From NCBI GenBank assembly GCA_963765495.1, contig CAVXWP010000002.1, positions 160,001-224,000 of the forward strand: a DNA stretch of 64,000 nucleotides, in the 5' to 3' direction. The stretch is from Blastocatellia bacterium (GTDB lineage: Bacteria > Acidobacteriota > Blastocatellia > UBA7656). Shown here one piece after another: positions 20,308-31,084 of this stretch. A model generated the notes under the pieces. That model had not been told where the DNA came from and did no database searches. It saw only the letters and a list, made by a program, of their open reading frames with translations. The translations under genes were made by a program, and so were the position numbers. Position 1 is the stretch's first letter. Every line of letters starts with the position of its first letter.

Positions 20308-21513
20308 ATGAAACGAATCCTGCTTATAGTGTTGATCGCCTCGGTGTCTGTCAACATTGTCTACGGCCAAAAATTCGAGCAACTTGCGAAGAGACCTCCG
20401 ATGGGCTGGAATAGTTGGAACAAGTTTGGATGTGATGTAAACGAGAAACTGATCCGAGAGACCGCAGACGCAATGGTTGCATCGGGGATGAAAGAGGCCG
20501 GATACGAATATGTCAACATTGACGATTGCTGGCACGGGAAACGCGATGACCTCGGGTTCATTCAGCCCGACCCGGAGCGGTTCCCTTCGGGGATGAAGGC
20601 GCTCGCCGATTATATACATTCCAAAGGGTTGAAGCTGGGCATCTATTCAGATGCAGGCTGGAAAACCTGCGGCGGGCGACCGGGCAGCAGAGGATATGAG
20701 TTTCAGGATGCGCTCACCTATGCGAAATGGGGAGTCGATTATTTGAAATATGACTGGTGTAACACAGAGGCCTTGAATGCCGAAGGTGCTTATCTGACCA
20801 TGCGAGACGCGCTTTATGCTACGGGCCGCCCAATTGTCTTCAGCATGTGCGAATGGGGGAGCAACAAGCCCTGGGAATGGGGGAGTAAGGTAGGCCATCT
20901 GTGGCGGACTACAGGAGATGTTTATAACTGTTTCGACTGTGTGAAGGATCACGGCACCTGGAAATCGTGGGGCGTTATGCAGATTCTGGATATGCAAAAA
21001 GGGCTGCGGCAGTATGCCGGGCCGGGGCACTGGAACGACCCCGACATGCTAGAAGTCGGCAACGGCATGAGCGTGAATGAAGACCGGGCGCACTTCTCTA
21101 TGTGGTGCATGCTTGCCGCGCCCCTGATTTCTGGAAATGATCTGCGAACTATGTCGGATGAAACCAGGCGAATACTGACAAACCATGAAGTGATTGCGGT
21201 AGATCAAGACGGCCTCGGCATACAGGGCTTTCAATACTCGGCAAAAGACGGCGTAGAAATCTGGTTCAAACCTCTTTCAAACGGCGACTGGGCTATGGTC
21301 ATTTTGAATCGGAGCACGGAAGGGCGAAGAGTCTCGTTCGACTGGAAGAGCGAAAACGTGACCGACACCCTGTCGAATAGAGGGGCCGGTTTCAATACGA
21401 CAACCTATAAACTTCGAGATCTTTGGGCGGGGCGTGATGCAGGCACAACCGAACGAACCTTATCGGCTGACGTGCCTCCGCACGATGTCCTGATGTTTCG
21501 CCTTCGGAGATAA
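20308..21513 (+). CDS. Alpha-galactosidase, glycoside hydrolase family 27
   Basis: PPMGWNSWN, NIDDCW, WGVDYLKYDWC, WRTTGD, WNDPDMLEVGN. Confidence 0.95.
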   Translation: MKRILLIVLIASVSVNIVYGQKFEQLAKRPPMGWNSWNKFGCDVNEKLIRETADAMVASGMKEAGYEYVNIDDCWHGKRDDLGFIQPDPERFPSGMKALADYIHSKGLKLGIYSDAGWKTCGGRPGSRGYEFQDALTYAKWGVDYLKYDWCNTEALNAEGAYLTMRDALYATGRPIVFSMCEWGSNKPWEWGSKVGHLWRTTGDVYNCFDCVKDHGTWKSWGVMQILDMQKGLRQYAGPGHWNDPDMLEVGNGMSVNEDRAHFSMWCMLAAPLISGNDLRTMSDETRRILTNHEVIAVDQDGLGIQGFQYSAKDGVEIWFKPLSNGDWAMVILNRSTEGRRVSFDWKSENVTDTLSNRGAGFNTTTYKLRDLWAGRDAGTTERTLSADVPPHDVLMFRLRR

Positions 21514-21529
21514 TGGCTTTGTGAATGTT

Positions 21530-21853
21530 TCAAGTCGGAATATAGAGCGCCCCTTTTTCCCGCAACAGCTTTGCTGCGCGCTGATTCGATAGCTCATCGA
21601 GAATGGCCTGCCAGCAGACCTGAAAATCCAATTCATCGGCATTCGGGTTAACGAGCAGGAATCGGCGGCGGGTTTCTTCTCTCAATCGCTCTTCATCGGC
21701 TTTGATCTTCATCTGGCGGTCGTGATCGCGTTTTGTCCTCTCTTTTTCGATCCACTCAAGATACTTGCTTCTTGCTTCTTGTTTGCATTGCTGCCCATCC
21801 GTTGTTTGACCATCCATCCCATTTAGCTGCTGCGCTGTAATAAAAGCTCCCAT
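21530..21853 (-). CDS. Hypothetical protein
   Basis: Charged helical ORF (MGAFITAQ...), preceded by a GGGGG SD-like sequence. Confidence 0.5.
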   Translation of the reverse strand: MGAFITAQQLNGMDGQTTDGQQCKQEARSKYLEWIEKERTKRDHDRQMKIKADEERLREETRRRFLLVNPNADELDFQVCWQAILDELSNQRAAKLLREKGALYIPT

Positions 21854-22064
21854 TGAATATACCCCCTGCCGATGAAAATGATGCTCCTCAGCACCCAGAC
21901 TTCGAATTGAAATACAATTGAGATACCAGAGCCCGAACCATCTCAACACTCGTTCTAAGTGGCACAAACACAAAGGCAAACAAAAGGCGAGAAAAGAGGG
22001 TGAGCTTTTGTTCAGTCAGACTGACGGAATCATTTCGGGATATGTCCTTTCAGATTGAAGTGTT

Positions 22065-24014
22065 TTACCTGCCTACTCCACTCACAACCGACAGGACGAC
22101 TTGCGACGGGTTTGCCGCGTTGTGATAGACGCGCTCGGTAGCCGTGTGAAAATCGCGCTCGGTAGCCTGTTTATAATTCGGCATGAATTTTTGCGGGTTG
22201 CGCGCGACAAGCGGGAACCAGGTGCTCTGGACTTGTACCATTATTCGATGCCCTTTCTTAAACGTATGCACGATGCCTGGCATCACATATGAGATTTTCG
22301 TCGGCGTGCCGGGCTTCAATGGTTCAGGTTTTTCAAAGCTATTGCGGAAGCGCGCAGGGAACGGCTCTCCTCGCAAAAGCATTTGATAACCGCCCGGATC
22401 AAATACACAGGCGGCCGAATCTTCGGGCGGCTTTACGCCTTCGGGGTATTCATAATCATCCGGGAAAACGTCTATCAGCTTGACCACAAAATCCGAATCC
22501 GTCCCGCTCGACGAGATAAACAATTGCGGTCTGATGTTTCCCGCAACAGTAAGGTCATCGCTTAAAGGCTCGGTCTCATAAACGAGCACATCCGGGCGAC
22601 GGGCGGCGAAACGCTGGTCTTCTGTCATGAAATCTTTCGGATAATTGAGCGTTATCTTCTGTGTGTAAGGCACCGGCTTCAAGGGGTCGCTCACATATTC
22701 GTCATAACCTGACCCGCTTGCCGGTTTCTCAAATGAAAGCTTGCCGTCTGCTTGCAGATAAAGAGGCGTCTCGGTCGGCCCTTCCGGCTCCCAGGTCTTA
22801 TAATCGCGCCACTCATTTGCGCCTGTGTCGAAAAGATTGACCTCCTTGATTTGCGAGATGTCGCCTTTGTCTTTCAGGAAATGATTGAAGAAAGGCAGTT
22901 CGAACTTTTCCCGGTAGTCCAATGAATTCTTCTGCCCGAAAAAGGCCGTTCCCAACCAGTCGCCATCCGAACGTTCCCAGCCGCCGTGAAACCACGGCCC
23001 CATTACAAGCACATTGAAAATGCCCGGATTCTGGCGTTCGATGTGCTGGTAGGTTTGAAGAGCGCCAAAGAGGTCTTCGTCGTCGTACCAGCCGCCGACC
23101 GTCATCACGGCGGCCTTTATGTTTTTCAGGTTCGGCAGAATGTTGCGCTCTTTCCAGAACTGGTCATAATCGGGGTGCGCCATCATCTGATCCCAGAACT
23201 TGATCCGCGTGCCCAGTAGTTTTTGATATATATCGCCGGAATGGCCGAGGCCGCCCATCTTCAGATAGAAAGCGTAGCCGTCCTGGGTTCCCAGATCAGG
23301 CTTCTTCATATAATCAAAGGATGAGGTCGGAGAGGGACGCGGCTGGCCGAAGAACCCAAAGAAGGCATAGTTTTGCGCCAGTATGAACGCGCCGTTGTGA
23401 TGCATGTCGTCGCCGTGGAACCAGTCGGAAACCGGGGCCTGTGGCGAAATGGCCTTGATTGCCGGGTGTCCGTCGATCCCGGCCATCGAAGTGTAAAAAC
23501 CGGGATACGAGATTCCGTAAACGCCTACGCGCCCGTTTTGGTTGGCTACGTTTTTCACAAGCCAGTCAACCGTGTCATAAGTGTCGGTCGTTTCGTCGAT
23601 CTGCTTTCCGGTCTTGTTCGGGATATAAGGGCGCACATCCTCATACTCGCCCTCGCTCATCCATCGCCCGCGCACATCCTGATAGACGAAGATATAACCT
23701 TCACGCGCAAAAAGCTCGTTTGGCCCCAGGGATGTTTTATATTCGTTTGCGCCGTATGGAGCGACAGTATAAGGGGTGCGGCTGAACAGGATAGGATACC
23801 TCTGCGATGTATCTTTCGGCTCGTAAATCGAGGTGAAGAGCTTCACACCATCGCGCATCTCGATCCTGACTTCACGCTTGGTGTAATGGCTTTTGATATA
23901 GTCGGCCAGCTCCTGTTGTTGCGGGGTCAGTTGCTCCTGTGGGAACAAAGGAGCGGGCGACATGAAAAACAATAAGGCGAGGATCGCGAAATTCAAGTAA
24001 CGAGATGGTTTCAT
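22065..24014 (-). CDS. CocE/NonD family hydrolase (alpha-amino acid ester hydrolase / glutaryl-7-ACA acylase-like)
   Basis: MRDGVKL, RTPY, QDVRGRWMSEG, GISYPG nucleophile, MGPWFHG; signal peptide. Confidence 0.92.
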   Translation of the reverse strand: MKPSRYLNFAILALLFFMSPAPLFPQEQLTPQQQELADYIKSHYTKREVRIEMRDGVKLFTSIYEPKDTSQRYPILFSRTPYTVAPYGANEYKTSLGPNELFAREGYIFVYQDVRGRWMSEGEYEDVRPYIPNKTGKQIDETTDTYDTVDWLVKNVANQNGRVGVYGISYPGFYTSMAGIDGHPAIKAISPQAPVSDWFHGDDMHHNGAFILAQNYAFFGFFGQPRPSPTSSFDYMKKPDLGTQDGYAFYLKMGGLGHSGDIYQKLLGTRIKFWDQMMAHPDYDQFWKERNILPNLKNIKAAVMTVGGWYDDEDLFGALQTYQHIERQNPGIFNVLVMGPWFHGGWERSDGDWLGTAFFGQKNSLDYREKFELPFFNHFLKDKGDISQIKEVNLFDTGANEWRDYKTWEPEGPTETPLYLQADGKLSFEKPASGSGYDEYVSDPLKPVPYTQKITLNYPKDFMTEDQRFAARRPDVLVYETEPLSDDLTVAGNIRPQLFISSSGTDSDFVVKLIDVFPDDYEYPEGVKPPEDSAACVFDPGGYQMLLRGEPFPARFRNSFEKPEPLKPGTPTKISYVMPGIVHTFKKGHRIMVQVQSTWFPLVARNPQKFMPNYKQATERDFHTATERVYHNAANPSQVVLSVVSGVGR

Positions 24015-24129
24015 AATTTCCCCAAAGATCATGGATTGAACTTCGTTTTCATTCTCTCTCAATGAGAAATCTTAGACAAGCCGCCGAGCGCACTTGAAAG
24101 TTCAGAAAATACGTCATAAGTTTGTCGGC

Positions 24130-25653
24130 ATGAAAAATGACCTGTTGAACCTCTGGAAAATCCTGACTCTCGCTTTTTTCCTCTTCCTGCCTATGATCGC
24201 CTCATCTTATTCAGGGCAAAAACAACTCGGAATATTTGAAGGAGAGACCGACATCGGCAACGATGTCCAGGCCGGTTCCACCAGTTACGACGCAACAGAA
24301 CAGGCATTTACCATCGAAGGTTCGGGCACAAATATGTGGCTCGACAAAGATGAGTTTCACTTCGTCTACAAGCGGATCAGAGGGAATTTCATACTGAGAG
24401 CCCGCGCTCAATTTATCGGCAAGGGAGTCGAGGCGCATCGAAAGATCGGATGGATAGTGCGGTCAAGCCTTGAATCGAATTCCGCGCACGTCAACGCGGC
24501 GGTCCACGGCGACGGTCTTACATCTCTTCAATTCAGGAGGGCTGCCGGGTCCACTACCGAGGAGATGAAATCGCCTCTGAGCGGAGCAGACATAATACAA
24601 CTCGAACGAAAGGGCAACACCTACATCATGTCTGTGGCGCGATTTGGCGACACATTCGTGACAGAGCAGATTTCAGATCTCGCGCTTGGCGACGAGGTTT
24701 ACGCAGGGCTTTATGTCTGCTCGCACAACAAGGACGTAAAAGAGAGAGCCGTCTTCAGCAATGTTCGAATCGTTATACCGGCCAAAGAAGATTTCGTGCC
24801 TTACAGAGATTATATAGGCAGCAATTTAGAGATCATGAATGTTGCTGACGGAAGGCGAAAAGTCATCTATCAATCACCCGATTCTATTCAAGCGCCGAAC
24901 TGGACCCCGGATGGCAAGGCATTGATCTACAACACGAAAGGGCGGCTTTATCGCTTCCATATGGCTTCGGAGAGTCCAGCCGTTATAGAGACCGGCTTCG
25001 CTACCAGTAACAACAACGATCACGTTCTTTCCTTTGGTGGAAAGATGATAGGCATCTCTAACCACAGCAAGGATGACGAGAATAAATCCATCATCTACAC
25101 TCTGCCGACCAGCGGAGGAACGCCGAAAAGAATTACCGCTCACGGTCCTTCCTATTTTCACGGATGGTCCCCGGATGGCAAGTATCTGGTTTACACGGGT
25201 GAGCGAGGCGGAAAGTTCGATATTTATAAGATACCGTCGCAGGGGGGCGAAGAGATTCGCCTCACAACCGCAGAGGGGCTGGATGACGGCCCCGAGTTCA
25301 CGCCCAACGGCAAGTATATCTATTTCAACTCTACGCGCACCGGGACCATGCAAATCTGGCGGATGAAACCCGACGGTAGCGATCAGCAACAGATCACGGA
25401 CGACGAATTCAATAACTGGTTTCCTCATATTTCGCCCGATGGAAAGTGGATTGTCTTCCTGTCATTCAACAAAGATGTCAGACCCGACGATCATCCATTT
25501 TACAAACATGTGTATATCCGATTGATGCCCGTTGAGGGCGGCAAGCCAAAGGTTATTGCCTATGTTTATGGCGGTCAGGGGACGATCAATGTTCCGTCCT
25601 GGTCGCCCGACAGCAAGCAAATAGCCTTTGTCAGCAATACGGAAACCAGATAG
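24130..25653 (+). CDS. TolB-like PD40 beta-propeller protein
   Basis: Repeated WSPDG/FTPNG/ISPDG motifs and a signal peptide. Confidence 0.85.
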   Translation: MKNDLLNLWKILTLAFFLFLPMIASSYSGQKQLGIFEGETDIGNDVQAGSTSYDATEQAFTIEGSGTNMWLDKDEFHFVYKRIRGNFILRARAQFIGKGVEAHRKIGWIVRSSLESNSAHVNAAVHGDGLTSLQFRRAAGSTTEEMKSPLSGADIIQLERKGNTYIMSVARFGDTFVTEQISDLALGDEVYAGLYVCSHNKDVKERAVFSNVRIVIPAKEDFVPYRDYIGSNLEIMNVADGRRKVIYQSPDSIQAPNWTPDGKALIYNTKGRLYRFHMASESPAVIETGFATSNNNDHVLSFGGKMIGISNHSKDDENKSIIYTLPTSGGTPKRITAHGPSYFHGWSPDGKYLVYTGERGGKFDIYKIPSQGGEEIRLTTAEGLDDGPEFTPNGKYIYFNSTRTGTMQIWRMKPDGSDQQQITDDEFNNWFPHISPDGKWIVFLSFNKDVRPDDHPFYKHVYIRLMPVEGGKPKVIAYVYGGQGTINVPSWSPDSKQIAFVSNTETR

Positions 25654-25813
25654 TAGCCATCCATTCTGATCGGTCACTCCGATAGAAAAGGACTTAATCG
25701 AACAATTCAGCACATCTGTGGCTTTTGATGCGGAAAAATAGCTTTCAATTGTAACCGTGCGATGATTCGATACGTTTACCGGGTGACAGCAAATTTTTCT
25801 GGAGGGTTGAATT

Positions 25814-26236
25814 GTGAAATCGAAACTTATCTGCGCGTCGTTTCTCGTCCTTGGGTTATTTGTTTTTCCGCTAACGGCTCAGGAAAAGCAATCGAGAACT
25901 GCTCTGTCTCCGAGTCCGAAAATGGTTCTCGCTTCTTTTGAACACTCTTTCGGAGATGTCACGCCCGGCACGCCTCTTACCTACACCTTCAAAATCAATA
26001 ATCAGGGAGATTCCAATCTGGAAATCTCTGAAGTCCACCCGTCCTGTGGATGTACGACCAGCGATTACGATAAGGTTGTGGCACCAGGCACTACGGGAGG
26101 GATAACGCTTGTCGTTGCAAAGACCGAAGCCTACAAGGGCGAGGTGACCAAGACGGCGACCGTTACGACAAATGATCCTGCTCATCCGACCTTCACGCTT
26201 ACGCTTAAGGCCAACTTCAAACCCGAAACCAAATAA
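25814..26236 (+). CDS. DUF1573 domain protein
   Basis: FGDV..G....YTFKINNQG..LEI..V.PSCGCT...TND P. Confidence 0.85.
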   Translation: MKSKLICASFLVLGLFVFPLTAQEKQSRTALSPSPKMVLASFEHSFGDVTPGTPLTYTFKINNQGDSNLEISEVHPSCGCTTSDYDKVVAPGTTGGITLVVAKTEAYKGEVTKTATVTTNDPAHPTFTLTLKANFKPETK

Positions 26237-26281
26237 CCTGGCCATCCGATTTTCCCCAAGACCTAGTTTGGGATAATAGAA

Positions 26282-26362
26282 ATAGACCACGGATGACGCG
26301 GATTAGATCATATATGGTCTGATCCGTGTGAATCCGTCTGATCCGTGTCATCCGTGGTCTAT
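26282..26362. repeat. CACGGAT-type intergenic palindrome
   Basis: ATAGACCACGGATGACGCGGAT ... ATCCGTGTCATCCGTGGTCTAT. Confidence 0.85.
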
Positions 26363-26485
26363 CCCTCTTTGCCCGTACCTCAAATCACCTTTTAACAGGC
26401 TGTCATCGAATCTGTTGGAACAGCCCCTGCCTAAAATGTTAGAGTTTTCCGGCCAGTACATTTTCAGCATTGCTCAAGAGACGAA

Positions 26486-27733
26486 ATGAAGATCACCGAC
26501 GTGAGGGCTACGACCGTAACCGTACCGCTTGAAGCGCCGCTCAGGCACGCAAACGGCTGTCACTGGGGCCGGTTTGTGCGTACGGTGGTTGAGGTCGAAA
26601 CCGATGAAGGGTTGATAGGGCTGGGCGAGATGGGCGGCGGCGGCGAATCGGCCGAAGCCGCCTTCCGGGCTATAAAATCCTACATCGTAGGTCATGACCC
26701 TTCGCGTCTGGAACAACTGCGGTTCCTCATCGCAAACCCGACGGCCTCGCTCTATAATAACCGCACTCAGATTCTTGCCGCGCTTGAATTCGCCTGTCTC
26801 GATCTGCTTGGACAAAGATGGAATGCGCCTGTCTGTGACATCCTGGGCGGACGATTGCAGGACCGCGTTCCATTTGCCTCATACCTCTTTTTCCGCTATC
26901 CGAATCCTTCGGACGGCACAGGAGAGGTAAGAACCGTCGAACAGTTGGTCGCGCATGCGCGCGAACTGAAACAGCGATACGGATTCACATCGCACAAGAT
27001 GAAAGGCGGTGTCTTCCGGCCTGAATACGAGTTGGAATGTTATCGCGCTCTTGCCTCGGAGCTTGACGGTGATCATTTCCGCTTCGACCCGAACGGCGTC
27101 TGGTCTGCCGAGACGGCAATCTGGTTCGGTCAGCAGATCGAAGACATCCGCAACGACTATCTGGAAGACCCGGTATTTGGAATGGCTGGAATGCGCCGCG
27201 TTCGCGAGAAGGTGCGTATGCCTCTGGCCACGAATACTATTGTCGTCAACTTCGAGCAACTGGCTTCGAACGCGCTCAATATCGCCTCTGACGTCATCCT
27301 GCTCGACACTACTTTCTGGGGCGGAATTCGAGCATGTGTGAAGGCGGCGGCCGTGTGCGAAGCGTTTCAACTCGGAGTAGCCGTTCACTCATCCGGGGAG
27401 TTGGGAATCCAGCTTGCGACTATGCTGCATCTTGGAGCCGTAATTCCTAATCTGAGCTTTGCCGCCGACGCGCATTATCATCATCTTTCGGATGACATAA
27501 TCGAAGGCGGTAAATTCAAATACGAAGGCGGGGCCATACGGGTGCCGGAAGGGTCAGGGCTTGGAGTAAAGCTCGACCGAGAAAAGGTCGGAAAATATGC
27601 CGAGCTTTACAAACGCCTCGGCGGATACCCCTACGATCAGGACCCGCTCAGACCGGGCTGGACGCCCACTATTCCAAACAACCGATGGGCCGACCCTGCG
27701 GATTCGCGGCGGCCTGCGAACATTCCTTTTTAA
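26486..27733 (+). CDS. Enolase-superfamily enzyme, glucarate dehydratase-like
   Basis: KxK motif HKMKGG, FDPNG, YLEDP, LATN, HSSGELG. Confidence 0.85.
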   Translation: MKITDVRATTVTVPLEAPLRHANGCHWGRFVRTVVEVETDEGLIGLGEMGGGGESAEAAFRAIKSYIVGHDPSRLEQLRFLIANPTASLYNNRTQILAALEFACLDLLGQRWNAPVCDILGGRLQDRVPFASYLFFRYPNPSDGTGEVRTVEQLVAHARELKQRYGFTSHKMKGGVFRPEYELECYRALASELDGDHFRFDPNGVWSAETAIWFGQQIEDIRNDYLEDPVFGMAGMRRVREKVRMPLATNTIVVNFEQLASNALNIASDVILLDTTFWGGIRACVKAAAVCEAFQLGVAVHSSGELGIQLATMLHLGAVIPNLSFAADAHYHHLSDDIIEGGKFKYEGGAIRVPEGSGLGVKLDREKVGKYAELYKRLGGYPYDQDPLRPGWTPTIPNNRWADPADSRRPANIPF

Positions 27734-27996
27734 CCTCCATCAACGCAAAATCTAAAAACTGCCTCTCTGCTTCAATTTCAAAGGTTTCTATTCAGTTTAG
27801 CGTCTATTGATAATAAGGGGATTTTCCACTTCTCCTTTTATCCTTCGAGATGAGAGAGGCTGTCTATGGGCAAATGCCTTCGGGCGAAATCCTAAACATT
27901 ATAAAAGCGGGGAGTCCCGGACGGTGTAACAGAAATCTCCGTTCGCACATTATTAGTCAGGACAAGTTTACAGTTGCAAATAATCAGGAGGATCAA

Positions 27997-30330
27997 ATGG
28001 CTAAAGGCAAAAACAAGAAAGAAGGGGCCGAAACGAAAAAGAGACCAAAGCGCGCCAGGCGCGCAAGCAGGGTGTCGGACGAACAGGTAGAGGTCAAAGA
28101 GATATCGTCTGTAAAGGCACCGGCAGATGAAGACCTGATTACGACAGGCCCGCGCAAGAAGCGGGTTCCGGGCGTCCCCGAGCCCAGGCTCTCGCATCAC
28201 AAGGCGCGAAGCGCATGGTTTCAATCGCGTACAACGTGGCCTGTGCGTGAAGCGCCTGTCCGTACATTGATTAACCAGCGGACGCGGGTCGCAAAGGCTC
28301 TCGCCACACCCGCAACAATCGAGCCGAGATGGGAGTGCGTTGGCCCGGTCAACATCGGCGGTAGAATGACCTCTATCGTCTGCCATCCTACTCATCCTGA
28401 GCGCATCTGGGCCGGGGCTGCCGGGGGCGGGGTCTGGCAAAGCAATGATGCCGGGGCGACGTGGCGACCCCTCTGGAACGATCAGGATATTCTGAATATA
28501 GGCTCTCTGGCGATTGACTCAAAGAACCCGGATATTATCTATTGCGGCACAGGCGAGGCCAACCTTTCGCTAGATTCCTATCCCGGCGTGGGGCTTTACA
28601 GGAGTTCGGATGCGGGCCAAACCTGGCAACTGCTCGCCTCGACGGAAAGGACTGGACTGCCGAGACATATTGGCGCGATAGCGATAGACCCTTTCGACTC
28701 GACACACCTGCTGGTCGGGGGAATTGGTTACGCCGAAGTCTCTCAGACGGGAAATGATTTTGGCGGAATTTTCGTTTCGCTCGATGCAGGAGTGACCTGG
28801 ACGCGGCAGACTTTTATCTCAGAGAAAAATTACTGGTGCCACTCGATTCTTTTCCACCCGACGAAGCGAGGGACTATCTTTGCAACCTTTACCGAGCAGG
28901 GGGCAAAAAACGGCATCTGGCGAACAACGGACGGCGGCAAGAACTGGGAACATCTGACAAAAGGCTTGCCCGAAGCAGCGCGCTTCGGAAGAACGAGTCT
29001 CGCCCTCAGTCACTCAAACCCAAGCGTGCTTTACGCCTTTGCAAAAGACGAAGCCTCAGGCAACAGCGACCTGCTGCTTGGAGTCTTTCGCACTGCGAAT
29101 GGCGGCAACACCTGGCGAAGCATCGGCGGGGATCATTTCGCAGAAGAGGGGCAAATTTCCTACGGCAACACGATTGCAGTACACCCTGCGAAGCCAAATT
29201 TCGTGATCTGCGCGGGAGTCGATCTACACCGGACCAGGGACGGCGGCAGAACCTGGGAACAGGTAACACATTGGGATGCTGATCGCGGCACCGCGCAATA
29301 CGCGCACGCCGATCACCATGCGCTGCTGATGCCCGCAGCCGTGCCGGGTCGTATCTATGACCCCAATGACGGGGGGTTGGATTTGAGCGATGATGGTGGC
29401 GACACCTGGACTAATCGCAGCAACGGGCTTGCCGTGACGATGTTTTACGATCTGGACATCGCGCAGAGCAACGGCCTGGTCTTTGGCGGCGGGGCGCAGG
29501 ATAACGGGACCGTCATCACTACCGACGGGACAAGCAGCACCTTCTTCGAACTGCTTGGCGGCGACGGCGGATGGATAGTCTTCGATCCGAAAAACGCGGG
29601 ACACGTTTACGCCTCATACTACAACCTGCACATCTTCCGTTTTCGCGCCGGGACGTTTGCCGATGTCTCGCCTCCGGCATCCAAATCCGAGCAAGGCAGC
29701 GTCTGGATGGCTTTCATCACGATGGACCCGACAAATGCCAACACGGTCTTCACGGGCTCCGTTCGAGTGTGGAGGACAAAAAATGACGGCACCAACTGGA
29801 CTCCCGTATCGCCTGTTCTGGATGGAAGCCCGATAACGGCCATCGAGGTAGCCGCAGCCAACCCGAAACGGGTCTATGTCGGCACAGAAAACGGAGGCTT
29901 CTTCCGCAGTCTGACCGGGGGCGATGCGTGGAGCCCAAATCTATCAGGGTCCACGCTGCCGGGCCACACCATCACCCGGCTTATTACTCATCCGAAGGAT
30001 GCGAATCTGTTGTATGCAACCGTCGCAAACTTCGGTCATCCACACGTATTTCGTTCGCAGAACGGGGGAATCACCTGGGAGGATATTGATAAGGGTCAAC
30101 TTCCCGACGTTCCGCATCACGTTGCCTTGATCAGACCGGATGAATTGAACAAGGTTTACGTAGGCAATGACGCGGGCGTTTTTGTACTGGATACTCAGAA
30201 GGGACTGTGGATGAATTTGACGAAAAATTTGCCAAACGCTATGGTCATCGACCTGGTTTATCACATCAAGGACGGGACGCTCAGCGCAGCTACTTATGGC
30301 CGTAGCATCTGGCGTATCCGCCTAAAATAA
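27997..30330 (+). CDS. BNR/Asp-box repeat beta-propeller protein (VPS10/GH74/sialidase-like)
   Basis: Many SxDxGxTW Asp-boxes, HADHH, GGAQDNG, GGDGG, C-terminal ATYGRSIW; SD GGAGG before MAKGK. Confidence 0.88.
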   Translation: MAKGKNKKEGAETKKRPKRARRASRVSDEQVEVKEISSVKAPADEDLITTGPRKKRVPGVPEPRLSHHKARSAWFQSRTTWPVREAPVRTLINQRTRVAKALATPATIEPRWECVGPVNIGGRMTSIVCHPTHPERIWAGAAGGGVWQSNDAGATWRPLWNDQDILNIGSLAIDSKNPDIIYCGTGEANLSLDSYPGVGLYRSSDAGQTWQLLASTERTGLPRHIGAIAIDPFDSTHLLVGGIGYAEVSQTGNDFGGIFVSLDAGVTWTRQTFISEKNYWCHSILFHPTKRGTIFATFTEQGAKNGIWRTTDGGKNWEHLTKGLPEAARFGRTSLALSHSNPSVLYAFAKDEASGNSDLLLGVFRTANGGNTWRSIGGDHFAEEGQISYGNTIAVHPAKPNFVICAGVDLHRTRDGGRTWEQVTHWDADRGTAQYAHADHHALLMPAAVPGRIYDPNDGGLDLSDDGGDTWTNRSNGLAVTMFYDLDIAQSNGLVFGGGAQDNGTVITTDGTSSTFFELLGGDGGWIVFDPKNAGHVYASYYNLHIFRFRAGTFADVSPPASKSEQGSVWMAFITMDPTNANTVFTGSVRVWRTKNDGTNWTPVSPVLDGSPITAIEVAAANPKRVYVGTENGGFFRSLTGGDAWSPNLSGSTLPGHTITRLITHPKDANLLYATVANFGHPHVFRSQNGGITWEDIDKGQLPDVPHHVALIRPDELNKVYVGNDAGVFVLDTQKGLWMNLTKNLPNAMVIDLVYHIKDGTLSAATYGRSIWRIRLK

Positions 30331-30348
30331 GATCGGGGCGAAAAGGAG

Positions 30349-30549
30349 TCACTCGCTCTTGCCAGTGCGTTTCTTAAACCATTGCTCACGCCGACGGAGA
30401 TTGCCCGAACCTTCTCCGATCTTTTGATCATAGGGTTTTATGCAAACTTCGTCGGCGTGAGCAGAAGCCTCTCTGGCTTCCTCTTCCCGCTTGCTTGCAG
30501 CGGGCTCGTCTTTGGTCCTCGACTCATTCTTCTTTGCATCGTCTTTCAT
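30349..30549 (-). CDS. Small charged hypothetical protein (66 aa)
   Basis: MKDDAKKNESRTK...GNLRRREQWFKKRTGKSE, convergent with the beta-propeller gene. Confidence 0.55.
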   Translation of the reverse strand: MKDDAKKNESRTKDEPAASKREEEAREASAHADEVCIKPYDQKIGEGSGNLRRREQWFKKRTGKSE

Positions 30550-30679
30550 AATAGAAAAACTATAGCAATCGGCGAGCCTTATTGTATAGCATCGTCGAGT
30601 CGCCTTTTCAGATGTCACAGGGCCATTCAGTTGTTGATCCGCGAAACATCCGGCGTCAGACATATTCAAATCAATAGCC

Positions 30680-31067
30680 TTGCAAGCTAATTGGCGAATC
30701 ATTCTGATCGGCCTGGGGGGTGATTCTGTTGGGCGGCTGGGTCGTCGGGTCATTCATAATGGGGATATACCTTTTGATATCCTTAAACTGGTTTAGCCGC
30801 CATTCAAACGAGGCATTCTCTTCGCTTGCGATTGAAGACTACAAGAGCTTTCTCAGGATGCGGATCACGCCGGACGGAGAGCTTACGATCTTCCCGATAG
30901 GCATATCCAAAGTCGCCCGAGAGTGGAGGGGCTGCGGAGAAAATAAGAAAGGATCAAAGATTGTCCCCGCCGATCCCAGACACACCCCGTCCCACCTCAT
31001 CGAAGAACCTTTTCCGTGCAAATCGCTGGCAAATGAACAGGTGGTTTCCGTCTCCGCAAAGAGTTGA
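30680..31067 (+). pseudogene. C-terminal remnant of a membrane-associated metallophosphoesterase-like protein
   Basis: GIYLLISLNWFSRHSNEAFSSLAIEDYKSFLRMRI..DGELTIFPIGI resembles the C-terminus of such proteins (from recall); no N-terminal part; frame break at a G-run near 30720. Confidence 0.55.
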
Positions 31068-31084
31068 GATGCGAGACCTGAGAA

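Noticed and set aside
25814-26236. DUF1573 protein as a selenoprotein
   Set aside because: The SCGC motif is encoded by TGT codons; there is no in-frame TGA.
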